Origin: Pseudogymnoascus verrucosus
Lineage: Eukaryota
DNA length: 64,000 nucleotides
Assembly: GCA_001662655.1 (NCBI GenBank)
Contig: KV460210.1
Reading direction: 5' to 3' (one strand)
Made by a program: the position numbers and the translations under genes
Shown here: piece after piece, positions 1 to 12,587 of the stretch
Numbering within the stretch: the first letter of the stretch is position 1
How the letters are laid out: each line of letters begins with the position of its first letter
The notes under the pieces: generated by a model
The model's database searches: none
What the model saw: the letters and a program-made list of their open reading frames with translations, nothing else
What the model was told of the DNA's origin: nothing

Positions 1-741
1 GTCCACACTACAAACCTCGAGAAGGATATGCAATCTGGCGCTACTTACAAAGCTTGCTTCCAGGGAACTAATCTTCGCCGCACGGAAATAGCTTGCATGG
101 CCTTCCTGTCACAAGTCACGAATGGGGGTGCGCTGGTGTACAGCGCAGTGTACTTTTTTCAACAGGCGGGTATCAAAACAGATGCATCGTTTGCGATCAA
201 TCTCGGCGGAAAAGGTATAGCGTTTGTTGGCACGGTGATATCGTGGTTTTTCATCCCAATATTTGGACGCAGGACGATATATCTAACGGGATTTACTATC
301 CTCGTGTGCGCCTTATGGATAATTGCCATCCTAGCTTGTGTTCCACAATTCGCAGCCATTAAGTTTGTGCAAGCTTCTCTCTGCCTCGTCTGGCTAGGCT
401 CATACTCAATGACTGTCGGGCCCATTGTGTATACGATTGTTGCAGAGATTGGATCCACGCAACTGCGCACCAAAACGGTCGTCTTGGGGCGGACTACGTA
501 CTACATTGGAAACATTATAGGACAGGTCTTGGAACCACATATGATGAACCCAACAGGGTGGAATTGGAAGGGCAAAACCGCTTTCTTCTGGGGAGCTCTG
601 GCCCTGTTAACTAACATCTGGGCATACTTTCGACTCCCTGAGACCAAAGACCGCACTTACGAAGAACTCGATATCATGTTCGACAAAGGGATTAAGGCAA
701 GACACTTTAGTAAATACGAGTTCAGGGATGACGAAGATTAA
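1..741 (+). CDS. MFS sugar porter, maltose/alpha-glucoside permease-like (5' end outside window)
   Basis: Frame open from base 1. Sugar-porter motifs FGRRTIY, AEI..LRTKT and RLPETKDRTYEELD; the NPTGWNWKGKTAFFWG segment is typical of the maltose permease clade. Confidence 0.85.
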   Translation, partial: VHTTNLEKDMQSGATYKACFQGTNLRRTEIACMAFLSQVTNGGALVYSAVYFFQQAGIKTDASFAINLGGKGIAFVGTVISWFFIPIFGRRTIYLTGFTILVCALWIIAILACVPQFAAIKFVQASLCLVWLGSYSMTVGPIVYTIVAEIGSTQLRTKTVVLGRTTYYIGNIIGQVLEPHMMNPTGWNWKGKTAFFWGALALLTNIWAYFRLPETKDRTYEELDIMFDKGIKARHFSKYEFRDDED

Positions 742-989
742 TTTATAAGGCCGGAATAAACCCACGAGCAGCACAAGACTGGATACAGCAGTAATACAAA
801 CAATATATTGCTTGTAGCAAAGGGAATTTGGATTTGTTTCATGGACGTTAAGGGAGATTCATGGAGTTATTTAGCTGGTGAAGAACCTTTATTGCCATAT
901 GATTTCCTTGCGCCCTATTCAAAAGCCCCAAGAGTTAGTAAACATACATATATATTTACAATTGACACCTCTGACAGCCATGCTTTGTT

Positions 990-1858
990 TTATAAGTTTG
1001 AACTTTCTATAATAAAGCTAGGGCAAATCATATTCTCGTTGATGTGATCCGCATTTGGCAAATCATTTTCCTCCGCACGCAGGGCTGCCGCTTCTGTGGT
1101 TGTTTCTATGCCTGCCTCGAGATGACGCTTGACCAGTCTATCCATTGCGGTTTCACGTGAAATAGAAACAAACCAGCTGCATATGGTGTTAGCATGGCCC
1201 AAATCGGTTGGTTGGCTACGGGGTGAGAAGAATGGGGATACGGACGATTCGTCGACTAAATGCTGGATTTGATCCCACGGATGCTCGTTTAAGAGAAGGT
1301 AGTTTCCCTCTAGAATCACGATTCGTTGTGATGAGGGAATGTAGATGTCGTTCTCGATCGGATCTTTGACGGCGTGGTCGAAGCTGGGTGCGTGGAAGGA
1401 TTGAGCGGGGTCGTCCACTTCTGTGACTGGATTCTCTCGCAGGGCCTTCACTAGCTCCACAAAGGCTTCGCCATCAAATGTGAAGGGGGCTCCTCGCCGT
1501 CGGAACGCGCACTCAGGGTCTTGAAACGTTCTAAGGGTGGATTTGGGGTAATGGAACCCATCCTGTGTGTTTTGTACATGGTTAGTGGGTGTCGTGACTG
1601 AAGGAAGGAAACAGTTCTATAAATGACCTGCGACGGAAAATATATGAGAAGAGTTGGACGTACCATGGGAAGAACAGTTATACTGGAATTGGGAGTACAT
1701 TTCGCATTCCATATTTTGGTTAAAGCAGCTGATATCGTCGTCTTCCCAGACCCGGGAGTTCCGGCAAAAGCTACCAGAATTCGTCGATGTGATGAGGCAG
1801 GATTCTTTTCTAGGAGCACTCTTAACCTCTCGCATAATGTGGTAATAGTTTCGTCCAT
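990..1858 (-). CDS. P-loop kinase of the PRK/uridine-kinase/PanK fold, YFH7/YggC/FrcK-like; exons 1858-1664, 1562-1246, 1176-990
   Basis: Walker A GTPGSGKTT; PM|DGFH restored by GT-AG intron 1563-1663; RRGAPFTFD, PSFDHAVKDP, ILEGNYLLL, RLVKRHL..G and END.PNA motifs. Confidence 0.85.
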
Positions 1859-2099
1859 ATTTGTTTTAGCAAGGATAGATGTCGTCGAAAAAAAGGTCGG
1901 TCGCTCTATTATCAGGGGAAGATCAACTAGAATATTGCACCATACTCTGGTACCCCCAACTAATATACAATCTCTTCACGTAGTGGATACAGAAAATGGC
2001 CTCAATAGTTATCGTTTTGATATTGGAGGCAGTTTTATTTGTAGCAACACCAAGAAACTCCACTTGGGTCGCTGTCGCCATTAGCCGCCTATGATTGGT

Positions 2100-2116
2100 C
2101 GGAAAACAGTCTCCCG
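2100..2116. promoter_or_regulatory. Gal4-type UAS CGG-N11-CCG (CGGAAAACAGTCTCCCG)
   Basis: Exact CGG-N11-CCG spacing in the divergent kinase/transporter promoter. Confidence 0.65.
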
Positions 2117-2218
2117 CCACCAACAGCGACGGATGTCGTCGCTAACTAGACTAATCAAGAAACCAGCGACAATCACTTCCGCATACTATATAGCACCTTG
2201 GTTTGTCAATATGATTCC

Positions 2219-2235
2219 CGGACAACAGTCGCCCG
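2219..2235. promoter_or_regulatory. Gal4-type UAS CGG-N11-CCG (CGGACAACAGTCGCCCG)
   Basis: Second exact site; 15 of 17 bases identical to the first. Confidence 0.65.
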
Positions 2236-2475
2236 ATCCACAGAATGTTAAGCCGCAAACGTGACACGAAGGCGTGGTTATGGGGTCTGCATCTCCCCGC
2301 AGTACCCAGCGACGGTTGATGGCGGGGAAAAGGTGGGCACCAAAGTTTTCTCCCAGTGTATAAAGTGTGGAGAAATTCCCTTCAATCTATCGCATCTTGA
2401 TGATCATCACCAATATCTTGCCTGCACTCTGGGTTTACAAACTCTCTCTGGGTATAGACTTTTAATACGCAGAAG

Positions 2476-4396
2476 ATGGAGAATACTGAGCAACTTTCCA
2501 GCCATGAATTGGCAGTCGAGCCTCCGCAGAAGAAGGGGTTCACTCTTCTCTTTGAGAACCCATACCTTTTCGGAGTTGCCTTGGTAGGCCACCGCACCCA
2601 AAAAAGAATTCAAAATTACTTGGCTAACGAGTCGATATGATAGTTCTCGTCACTGGGAGGCTTCCTCTTCGGTTACGACCAAGGTGTTGTCTCCGGTGTT
2701 TTAACTATGGAATCATTCGGGGCAGCATTTCCACGTGTATTCATGGACAGCGGCTTTAAGGGGTGGTTTGTTTCCACCATCCTGCTCAGTAAGTGACTTA
2801 AATTATTATGGCGTCTCATGACCAGCGTCTCCCAATAGTCAGTGCGAAATGCTCATATAAATCTAGCTGCTTGGTTTGGCTCCCTTGCCAATGGTTTGAT
2901 TGCGGACCGTCTCGGAAGAAAACTCGATATCATGGTTGCTGTAGTTATTTTTGTAGCAGGCTCTGCGATCCAGGCAGGCGCCGTCAATGTCCCAATGCTA
3001 TTCGCAGGCCGGGCAATTGCCGGTCTCGCCGTAGGGATGCTAACAATGGTTGTCCCTCTTTACATTTCGGAAGTCTCGCTTCCTAATATCAGAGGTGGCC
3101 TTGTCGTTCTCCAGCAGCTTTCGGTCACCATTGGTATCTTGTTCAGCTTCTGGATCGACTACGGCACTCACTATATCGGAGGCGTCCGCTGCGCTCCAGA
3201 CATTCCATATTCCGGAGGCACTTCGGCCAACCCTACCTTCGATGCTTACAACGATGTCGGTCCCGATGGCTGCACGGGCCAGTCAGATGCATCATGGAGA
3301 ATCCCTCTCAGCCTGCAGATCCTCCCTGCCTTCATCTTAGGTATTGGAATGCTTTTCTACCCCGACTCTCCCCGCTGGCTCTTGATGCAAGACCGCGAGG
3401 AGGAGGGGATAGCCACTCTCGCTCGCCTTCGCCGCAAGCCCGCTGATCACCCATCCGTTATCGCTGAGTCCTTGGAGATCAAAGCAACCATCCTGCTTGA
3501 AAACACCTACATCCGCGAAAACTATGCCGGTCTTTCTGGCCTACGCCTCGATGCCGCACAGTACATATCAATGGTAACGAAATTTGCCCGATTCAAGCGC
3601 CTCGCCATCGGCTGCTGTGTCATGTTCTTCCAGCAGTTCATGGGCTGCAACGCAATGATATACTACTCGCCGACTATGTTCAAATCATTGGGACTCGATG
3701 GCAACACGACTTCTCTCCTCGCCACAGGCGTGTACGGCATCGTCAACTGTCTGTCCACACTCCCCGCCCTCTTCTTCATCGATCGCGTTGGCCGCAGGCC
3801 TCTGCTTATGTGCGGCGCGGCTGGCACATTCATCTCGCTTGTGATCGTTGGTTCGATTGTCGGTGCCTATGGTGAAGGCCTCTCTGAGAATAAGGCTGCC
3901 GGGTGGGTAGGAATCGCGTTCATCTACGTAAGTCAACATCCTGTCCCTTACAAAGTGAGGGAGAGAATCTAACATCACACCACCGTAGATCTACGATATC
4001 AACTTCTCATACTCGTTCGCCCCAATCGGCTGGGTCCTTCCGTCCGAGATCTACCCACTCTCCATTCGCTCCAAGGCAATTTCTATCACCACCTCTTGTA
4101 CCTGGATGTCGAATTTTATTATCGGCCTTGTGACCCCAGACATGCTAACCACCATAACCTGGGGGACGTACATCTTCTTCGCTGCCTTCTGTTTACTCGC
4201 CTTCGCCTTCACCTACTTCTTCATCCCTGAGACACGCGGAAAGACTCTCGAAGATATGGATTTGGTGTTCGGTGACACTGAAGCACACGAGGAGAAGGAG
4301 AGGATCCGGGGGATCGAAGCGCAGCTTCGGGGCGTGCATATTGACGGGACGGAAAATGAGAAGGATGCGGCGATGGCGGAACATAGAGAGGTATAA
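2476..4396 (+). CDS. MFS sugar porter (hexose/polyol/quinate-permease-like); introns about 2584-2643, 2789-2867, 3928-3988
   Basis: GGFLFGYDQG, DRLGRK, PLYISE, PDSPRWL, FFQQFMG.N...YY, DRVGRR, WVLPSEIYP and PETRGKTLEDMD motifs across spliced exons. Confidence 0.9.
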
Positions 4397-4473
4397 CTCA
4401 ACCTTGCCATGATGGATAATATATCGTGATTCCGTGTTTAGATGACTGTCTTTTGAGATCAACGATATGATGA

Positions 4474-6867
4474 TTATGTGTCTCCTGGCGGAAGCGGCAT
4501 TAGGCTCCCCGGTTGCAATCCAAAGCTGCTCCAGTCTAGAAAGTCCATCCCATCCCCGTATTCGCCTACGAACATGGAATGGACATCGTCAAAGAGGCCT
4601 GGGTCTTGCAGCATGGCCTCGGGTTGCTCAGCATCGAAGAGCATTGCGCAGAAGCGGTTGATGACTTCAAGACAACGACCCGCTAGCTGATTGGTAATTG
4701 CGGCGTACGAGAGGAGATCTTTAGTGACGCGAAGGTCGTCGAGCCAGGATGGTGCCGAGGGTGACGTGGATGTAGTGATCAAGAAGATAATTGGAATTAG
4801 TCCAGCCTGGAAGAGGAAGTAGCTATAATGCACAAGTCAATAACTGTCACGTTATATACGGCAGAAGCGAATGAGCAGGTATAACTGACAGCATGTACCA
4901 ACTACCTAGCCTCGACGGAATGTTTGTTGTCATATATTGCGATATGCTCGCGATTGTCTCCCTCGCGCTCTGGAGGCACAATTGCCTACACTGTGCCTCT
5001 TCCGGATCTTCAGCGTCGGAAATATCTTGAGCAGTCCAGCGTCTTGCCGCCCAACGTAAGACGATTGGGCGAAAAAGAATGATGCGTAGATTTGCAGCGC
5101 GCCATGTCAGGCGATATCTAGCTAAGATTAAAGCGTCGTGTTGGTGTACATCAGGGTTATCAAGTTGAAAATAAGGAGGGATTGAAGCCTCCCAGTCGTC
5201 GATAGGCTGCTGGAGACTGAGTAGTTCGTGTGCAACTGGCGGGGGGTTGGATATTAGCCGGTGATAGACTGGGTTTGTAGCTTGGTGGAGCTTAGATTGC
5301 ACGATGAGGCTCGAGTAGACTGTAGGTGAGTCAATCTCATCTGGCAGGGAAGTGGTAGTTGGAGTTAGATGCTAGGTTGTTATGTTAGTCGGGTTTCTTG
5401 CCTTGGTATCAGAAGATATATAGCTTACCTCTTCATGGATATTCAGAACTTGATTGGCATCCATGATACTGATTTCAGGTAAAAGCACCGGGCGTCCGAA
5501 GGTAATCGACGCCCCGGAGTCAAAGATGTAAACCCCCCACCAAACACGTCTTCTCATCTCGCGTTCTAAATCACTTATCTTCCATCCAGGGAACTCTTTA
5601 TGTAGGCCAAGACTCAATGCCATCCTCACAGCAAGGCCTAGATAGTTCCAACCGGTATTAGGTTTGTTGCGTTTTTGGGTATAATTGCTCAACAAGAGAA
5701 GGGCCTGCACAAGCGCTAAGTTGCCGACTTCAAAGACAGAAGTGTCTTGCGAGTGCCTGTTCACTGCATGGTAAAATGTGTCGTCCAGTGTGGAATCTTC
5801 CTCACCAATACTCCAAGCCCCCAGAGCAAGGACTGTATTGAGGAGTATCGGCCAGGTTTCACCTCTAGGCCGCGGGGACTGACCCCCATATTGAGCTCTA
5901 AACGTTTGTTCATGGAGGAAGGGATATGTTGTGTGATAATACCGGAAATAGGCGTCAATGAAGAAATTCTCCGAGTATCCAGGTAGGGGTGCTGTAGGTC
6001 CTGGGAATGTGGCAGTGACAATGGCAGAGTTATTCATCGGCACCTGGTTCAAGGATTCGAGCCCTAAATCACCAACCAACAAGGCACGTAGAGGCATCAC
6101 ACTCGATGTAGAGCCTTTCATAGGTTAGTATATTAACAGGGGACTTTTTTACACGGGTTGAAAACACTCACCGAGATATCCTGTGCCCTCTGGTTTCATC
6201 GATAAGGCCGCCATGCCATCTGAGAGACTGCTGAATGTGGTTTCTTCCACCCAGTCGAAGCCGTCTGGCTTCTGAGGCAAAGATTCCTCGGCCCCTGGGG
6301 ATGCACTGTCTCTTAGACTGGCACGACCTGCGGACATTCCGCCCCCTGGCCTTGACACTGGTGCCGGATTTCGCTGAGGCGGTGCATGGTGGGTTCCATT
6401 CTCCGTTGGGCTTAGGATTTCATCGATATTAGCGTCGGGTAACAATTCTGAGAAGGCTTCTTCAAGTCTTCGTATCCTGTCTTCAGCAGCCGTGAGATTC
6501 CTACATATAAAGTAGTGAGTAATAGCCCACGTCTAAGATATAACAAAAGCAAACAAGTATCTAGCTAAATGGCATGGAGTAATCGAAACGGTCATCTTAC
6601 TGTCGCGTTAAAGGGGTTCGCTCAGCTCTTGGGCTGTATGTGCATTCTTTGCCCTGCTGGGAACAGACAGCGCATGAAGGCCGCTCTTTTGAACACTGCA
6701 TTATGTTACTATCAAACCATACTCATTTGGAGTGAGAGAGATACTTTGAATTTCCTTGCTCTACATTCATCACACTGGAATACCTGCGTCAGCACGAGAC
6801 CTTAGGAACGAGGTAGCCAGGGCGTCATTACCGCCGCAAAATTAGCTAAAGAAGCTTGAGGAGGCAT
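4474..6867 (-). CDS. Gal4/Lac9-like Zn2Cys6 transcription factor with Fungal_trans domain (multi-exon; start codon tentative)
   Basis: Small exons at about 6775-6600 splice to CDECRARKFK|CSKERPSCAVCSQQGKECTYSPRAERTPLTR|QNLTAAEDRIRRLEE. Also FDWVEE..SDGMAAL..GYLG, middle-homology region LAVRMALSLGLHKE..RRRVWW..FGRP and an acidic C-terminus. Confidence 0.88.
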
Positions 6868-8097
6868 TTCCTATGCCTTTTTTCATCGCCCTGTCGATTA
6901 TTATATAATTTCCATTTCAAGTACGAGTAGGATGGTAATCAGTGTATAGTTGAAGCTACAACGAGAATCAGAAAGAAATCCGCAGGCGACTTGCTCACGT
7001 GCCGCCTAAAAGTCTGTACAGGGACCGTGCGTTCTTGCAAGCAACTGCGTACAATGCAATTCCTCCTACTTGATTAAATTTTAAATAGTATATCCCTATG
7101 ATTGAAAATAAGAACATGCATTACTATGTCTACAGTCTATAATGCTAGTAATTTATTTTAACACCATCGTTGGGAGAAATTGTTGAAATTGTCGTCGCTG
7201 ATAATGACTGAAAACATGGTCCTTGTTCTGTACAGACTTTCCCGCGGCACGGGTATCGTGATTAATAAGCTAAAGTGTGGAGTGTGGGGAAAGGCGGCTT
7301 CTGGCACGAACAAAGGGGGACTACCCCTCCTTTTAGACCATCTCCTCTGTAGCTCTACTACAATGTATAATGATAGGTTCAAGCAAGTTGGCGAACTCGA
7401 AATTTTGAAATGTACGGTTAAGCTCCGAAAATTTTCACTGAACTTCGAAGAGTAGGCTGTTAGCTTTCCGACTTTGGCACATGAACCAAAAAAATAATCT
7501 ATGACGTCTCCCACTGTGATAGCTAACCGCATATATTTACTACGGATCTTCGGAGTTTCATCGAAAATGTTCATCTCTCAATGGTAACCCCACTATCACC
7601 ATCGAGACTAATATCTTGTGGGACACTCGCTTTGAACTATCATTCTTATCCAAGGCCATTTCCTACAACACGGAGAAGATCCCAGATCGCCCAGCTTTCC
7701 CAAGATCTTTAGACACTAGCTAGCTACCTAAGTTAATGCGGCTCTCGGATTTAAGAGTGAACGGTAACAGCGGAACTTTAACTGTGGTTCACTAAATCCG
7801 AGACTCTCTCTGTGGCGCGGAGTTAATTGGACTTTAGATTCACGTCTATTACTACCGTTTATTAGTGCCGGTAAAGAATCTTGGTGCATTGCTCACTTCG
7901 ATGCTTTGATTTCATAATATTGACGTAAACCTCGGAGCGCCATGTGGCGCGCTGCCCTTCGAATATAAAAGTAGTGAAGGGCCCCTTTCACTTTAGGAAA
8001 TAAGAAACTTGTTTATTTGAGCATTTGAAGGCATTCAACTCTACGATAGCCCATCTAGTCCATTACACAGCACCCGCCTGATCCAATCCCCAGCAAT

Positions 8098-9258
8098 ATG
8101 TCCGACTTGTGGAAACCCGCCCCGGAGCCGGAGACTGAGCTCGGTCGGTATCGTATCCTGTCTCCCACGGCGGGTATCCGCGTCTCGCCCCTCCAGCTCG
8201 GAGCCATGTCGATCGGCGATTCCTGGTCCAGTTTCATGGGAAGCATGGACAAGAACGCCTCTTTCAAACTGCTTGACGCTTTCGCTGAAGCCGGTGGCAA
8301 CTTCATCGACACGGCTTGCAACTATCAGAATGAGCAATCCGAGGCTTGGATCGGCGAGTGGATGACAGCTAGGAAAAACCGGGACCAGATGGTCATCGCG
8401 ACTAAATACACAACGGATTACAAGTCCCATGCGCTCGGGAAGGGACATGCTCCAAACCACTGCGGGAACCACAAGCGGAGTCTACACATGAGCGTGAGAG
8501 ATTCGTTGAAGAAGTTACAGACGGATTGGATTGATATCTTGTACCTGCACTGGTGGGACCACACCACCTCGATTGAGGAAATCATGGACAGCCTGCACAT
8601 CTTAGTTCAACAAGGCAAGGTGCTATACCTCGGTGTTTCCGACACTCCTGCGTGGATAGTTAGCGCAGCGAACACCTACGCCAAAGCGCATGGGAAGACA
8701 CCGTTTAGCATCTACCAGGGAAGATGGAACGTTTTAATCCGTGACTTTGAGAGAGAAATTATCCCAATGGCGCGACATTTTGGTATGGCTCTCGCACCGT
8801 GGGACGCCATGGGGGGTGGGAAGCTCCAGACAAAGAAGGCACTCGAAGAGCGCAAGAAGGCAGGAGAGGGACTGAGGAGCTTGCTTGGCAGCGGCGAACA
8901 AACCGAGGAGGAGGTGAAGATGAGTGAGGCACTGGCGAAAGTAGCAGCAGAGCACGGGATTGAATCCGTTACAGCCATTGCGCTCGCGTACGTCATGTCC
9001 AAAGCGCCATACGTGTTCCCTTTGGTTGGCGGGAGGAAGGTTGAGCATCTGAAGGATAACATTCAGGCACTCAAGATCCGGTTGACACCGGAACAGATTG
9101 CATACCTTGAAAGTATAAAGCCATTTGAAGTTGGCTTCCCACATAACTTTCTTGGCGAAGACCCGCATGTCACAGGTAAGACTTCAGGGCTTCTTGCAGG
9201 CAATGCCAGTTTGAGTTGGGTTAGGTCGCCTGCGGCTATTGGGGCTGAGGGAAAGTGA
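8098..9258 (+). CDS. Aryl-alcohol dehydrogenase / norsolorinic-acid-reductase-like aldo-keto reductase
   Basis: [43 protein letters not shown] and [14 protein letters not shown] motifs; intronless; TATAAAA near 7964. Confidence 0.92.
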   Translation: MSDLWKPAPEPETELGRYRILSPTAGIRVSPLQLGAMSIGDSWSSFMGSMDKNASFKLLDAFAEAGGNFIDTACNYQNEQSEAWIGEWMTARKNRDQMVIATKYTTDYKSHALGKGHAPNHCGNHKRSLHMSVRDSLKKLQTDWIDILYLHWWDHTTSIEEIMDSLHILVQQGKVLYLGVSDTPAWIVSAANTYAKAHGKTPFSIYQGRWNVLIRDFEREIIPMARHFGMALAPWDAMGGGKLQTKKALEERKKAGEGLRSLLGSGEQTEEEVKMSEALAKVAAEHGIESVTAIALAYVMSKAPYVFPLVGGRKVEHLKDNIQALKIRLTPEQIAYLESIKPFEVGFPHNFLGEDPHVTGKTSGLLAGNASLSWVRSPAAIGAEGK

Positions 9259-9371
9259 TAGCAATGAAACGATCATAGTATTAGTAACCAATCAATCAAC
9301 TGTATCAAGTCTCTTTTACTAAGAAGTATAAATTTGGCTCATTTAAATCATGGAAATTCGGGCCCCTGGTC

Positions 9372-12233
9372 TTAGGCTTGCTTGCTCCAAATCCACTCGC
9401 CATACCTCGCCCTTGTCTTCTCGATGAGTGCTTCAAACTCTAAAATCTCCTGCTCGGACGGCTTAGTCTGATCTCCCTTCAGAGCATGCATCGGTGTATT
9501 GGTACGTTCGCGAAAATAATCCACTGCTGTCTGACCCTGCTCGTCCTTCAAATTCGGGTCGACGCATATTTCTGCCTTCTGTAGCTCTACGATGATCTCA
9601 AGATTGGAGTACATCCCTGCCAGGTGGAGAACGGATTGGCCATGCAAGTCAATCAGGTCGAGGCCTGCGCCATTCAGCCATAGGGCTCTGAACATCCCAG
9701 GCTTATTCGCCCGGATGGTCTTCATGATTGGGGTTCTCCCGTCGTTATTAGGAAAATCCATATCGCCGCCAGCGCTGACGAGTTCGGCATACATCTTCAC
9801 CAGAACGGTGTTTTCTACCACGCTCCGAGCGTAGATTGGGGAGCTGAGAGCTGTGTCTTTATCATCATCCATCGCTTGCGGGTTGGCTCCATTGCTCAGC
9901 AATAGCTTCACCATCTCCACAGACTGCTCGCGAGTAGCTAGGAACAACGGTGTCCAGTTCCACTTATCCTTAGCGTTAACATCTGTCCCAGCTTCTATCA
10001 GTATTTCAGCACACTGCAGCTTTGTGGCGGCGACAGCAATTGACAGGGCAGTCCTGCCTTCGAAGTCTCTCAGGTCTAGGTCGGCTTTCCAAGAGAGAAG
10101 GAGACGAACAGCGCTGATGTCGTTTTTCCAGGCAGCCCAGTGCAACGGAGTGCATCCGCAGTCGTCGATCATGTTAATAGATGAGGGGTCAAGCTCAAGA
10201 GCTGTTGTTAGGCTCATGTTTTGATATCCAAGTACCGCATCGTGCAGAACTGTTGTATGTGAATACTCCTCGCTCTGGTCGATTATTCGATGATAGATGT
10301 GTGCGGCATCTTCGTGGAGATCCTTTTCATCCACTACAAGTCGCCACTTAGCCATAGCATGGGGAGAACTAAGGGTTGTTAGGTACAAATAAATTAGTGG
10401 TGAGACTACACTTACGATCCAGTGTCATCAAGATGTATGGAGTCGTGAGGAAAATCAATAAGAAACCGTGCCGTTGGCCAACATTTGTAATATCTTAACG
10501 CAGCCTGCCAATATTGTTAGCGGACTAATATGGCATACTACAGGAATTTGCACCGTACCAAGAGTAAAGACTCTCCCCTCTGAGAGATATCTGTGGGCAA
10601 TACTTCCTTCTGCGCGAACAAGTACTGCAAGCGCGATATGTTGTTGTTGGTAATGGCTGCCCAGACATCATGAGTCTCTGGTATCACCCTTGGAACCTTG
10701 AGGTGCATTGACGCTCCTTGGCTATCTAAGCTGTTTTTCCAGGAGACGGAGAAAGATACAGCCCTTCGGATGATCCATTGTGGAAAAATATAGTTTAGAC
10801 GAATCGAGCTTTGTGAGTGATTTAAGCAGCTTGGGTGGCTGCAAACGCGAGGAAACCAGATGGGGTAGGAGTTATAGCTAATGAGAAACTGTCCGACGAT
10901 GCTAGAAACAAGTCCTGGGGTTTTCATATTGCCCATTTTGTGGCAGTCGCATCTACAAGTCTTTGGACAGAGTCTATTAAGTGTTGCTTGAACTTGCAGA
11001 AGCGTTGTTTCAGGATTACGTGACAAGTTCGCCATCCTGTCATCGTGCTTAGGTTTTTCCCGCGGCGAGATTTCTTCGTCCTCATTCGAAGAACTGGTAA
11101 CTTGGCCAAGTCCTAGAGACTGTGCTGTCGTCGGGCTTGATACCGCAGCTAATGATAGATGGGGTGGTTTTTGGATGGACAGATGATCAACTGCCTCCTG
11201 TAGTCTAGCTGCGTCGTATTCGTACTCTTTGAGTATCGACTGTATATTCGTGTGAATCTCAGTGTCTCCAAACGTGGTTTGGGACGGCTGGAGTTCTTCA
11301 AGTTGCTCTAGCTTCTGAGACATTATATGCTTTATTGAACTAAGCCGGGAAATGCATTTTTGCGTAATAAGTGAGTAGTCGCCAACATGGCTCGGGACGT
11401 TTGTAGTTGGGTTAATTGCCTCCAAACGGCTTCTGACTCCATGATTAGCTTGCGATGCCTCTTTGAGGACCTGCAAGACTGCTATAGAAGATTCCGTATG
11501 CTGCCTCACGGAAATATTTGTCTGTGATATTGCAGGTCCTTCAGCAACTTGCTGCGAAATTTTATTGATAGCCTCTTGGAAACTCTTTGTGGCTTGGTCG
11601 AGGAGTTTGTTGATCTTATCAAACCCCAGTTCAGAAACCTCTTTAATCTCCAACACGAGCGCTGCTTGCTGCAGACTATCTATAACTTAGCAAAGTATAC
11701 ATCACAATAGCAACCACTTCACCTTTGATCTGGTTGTAGAAGCATCACTGCCTCAGCTAGAGCCGTTCTTATTTGACGCACTTTATCCCGCCGTCGAATT
11801 ATGTCCCGCCGGTGATGGCGCCACTTAAGAGCGGGCATGATCTTGCGGCGTCTTGAGTCTGCACTCAGCATCTGCCGTACTACCGCCTCAATCATCCTAG
11901 CCAGCTCCCCAACTTCACCCTCGAGGCTTTTGACCACTGAATGAACATGGCTCAAGTCGGGAGATGGCAGGGCAGATTTAGAGCTTGCTAGAGATTCCAA
12001 CACTGCCCGAGTCCTCTCCAAGTATCCATGAACGGTTTCGAGCTGGGAAACTGTCAGTAGTGGCCTGGGGAGAGCTACTGTTTGTAAGCAAATACTTCAC
12101 CCACCTCATTATGTAGATCCGATATCTCGTCTGGAGCTGCTATAATGGTAGCGACCTCACGAATCCCGGCAGTGATGGCAGTCACGGCCTGACAAAGGGC
12201 AATTATACTTGCGCATATGGACAACGGATCCAT
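9372..12233 (-). CDS. Ankyrin-repeat protein with fungal HeLo-like N-terminal domain (multi-exon)
   Basis: N-terminus MDPLSICASIIALCQAV...APDEISDLHNE; central C..TCRCDCH segment; C-terminal ankyrin repeats (GCTPLHWAA, GRTALSIA, WTPLFLA, GQSVLHLA); GT-AG introns join the ORF pieces. Confidence 0.75.
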
Positions 12234-12587
12234 TTTACAAGTGGCACGGTGCCACCCGTATCTGGACACCCACGAGGATAAAGTGGCCATCGTAGGATTA
12301 TATGAGGCAGCAGTGTAGGGCGAGCAACCAGGTTAGTTGCCCGAGACAAGGGTCTGGGACCAATAATAATAGCAACACGTGAATTCAGCGTGAAGCCCTG
12401 ATGTTTGCCCAACACATCACAAACTATGGCTGTAGACTTGTTTGCGATGGCACCCTGTGCTAAGCTTCCACTCTAGGGCGGTCGGTGGTCATTATTTCCC
12501 TCGTTAACTGATCGTGTGAAGGGGGGCGGTAGACGCGGTTCGGGACGATGGGCGGGTGGGGTTTTGATCGAACTTCTTGATTGCCCC

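Noticed and set aside
7158..7574. 138-aa ORF between the Gal4-like gene and the dehydrogenase
   Set aside because: No motif and no coding-like composition.
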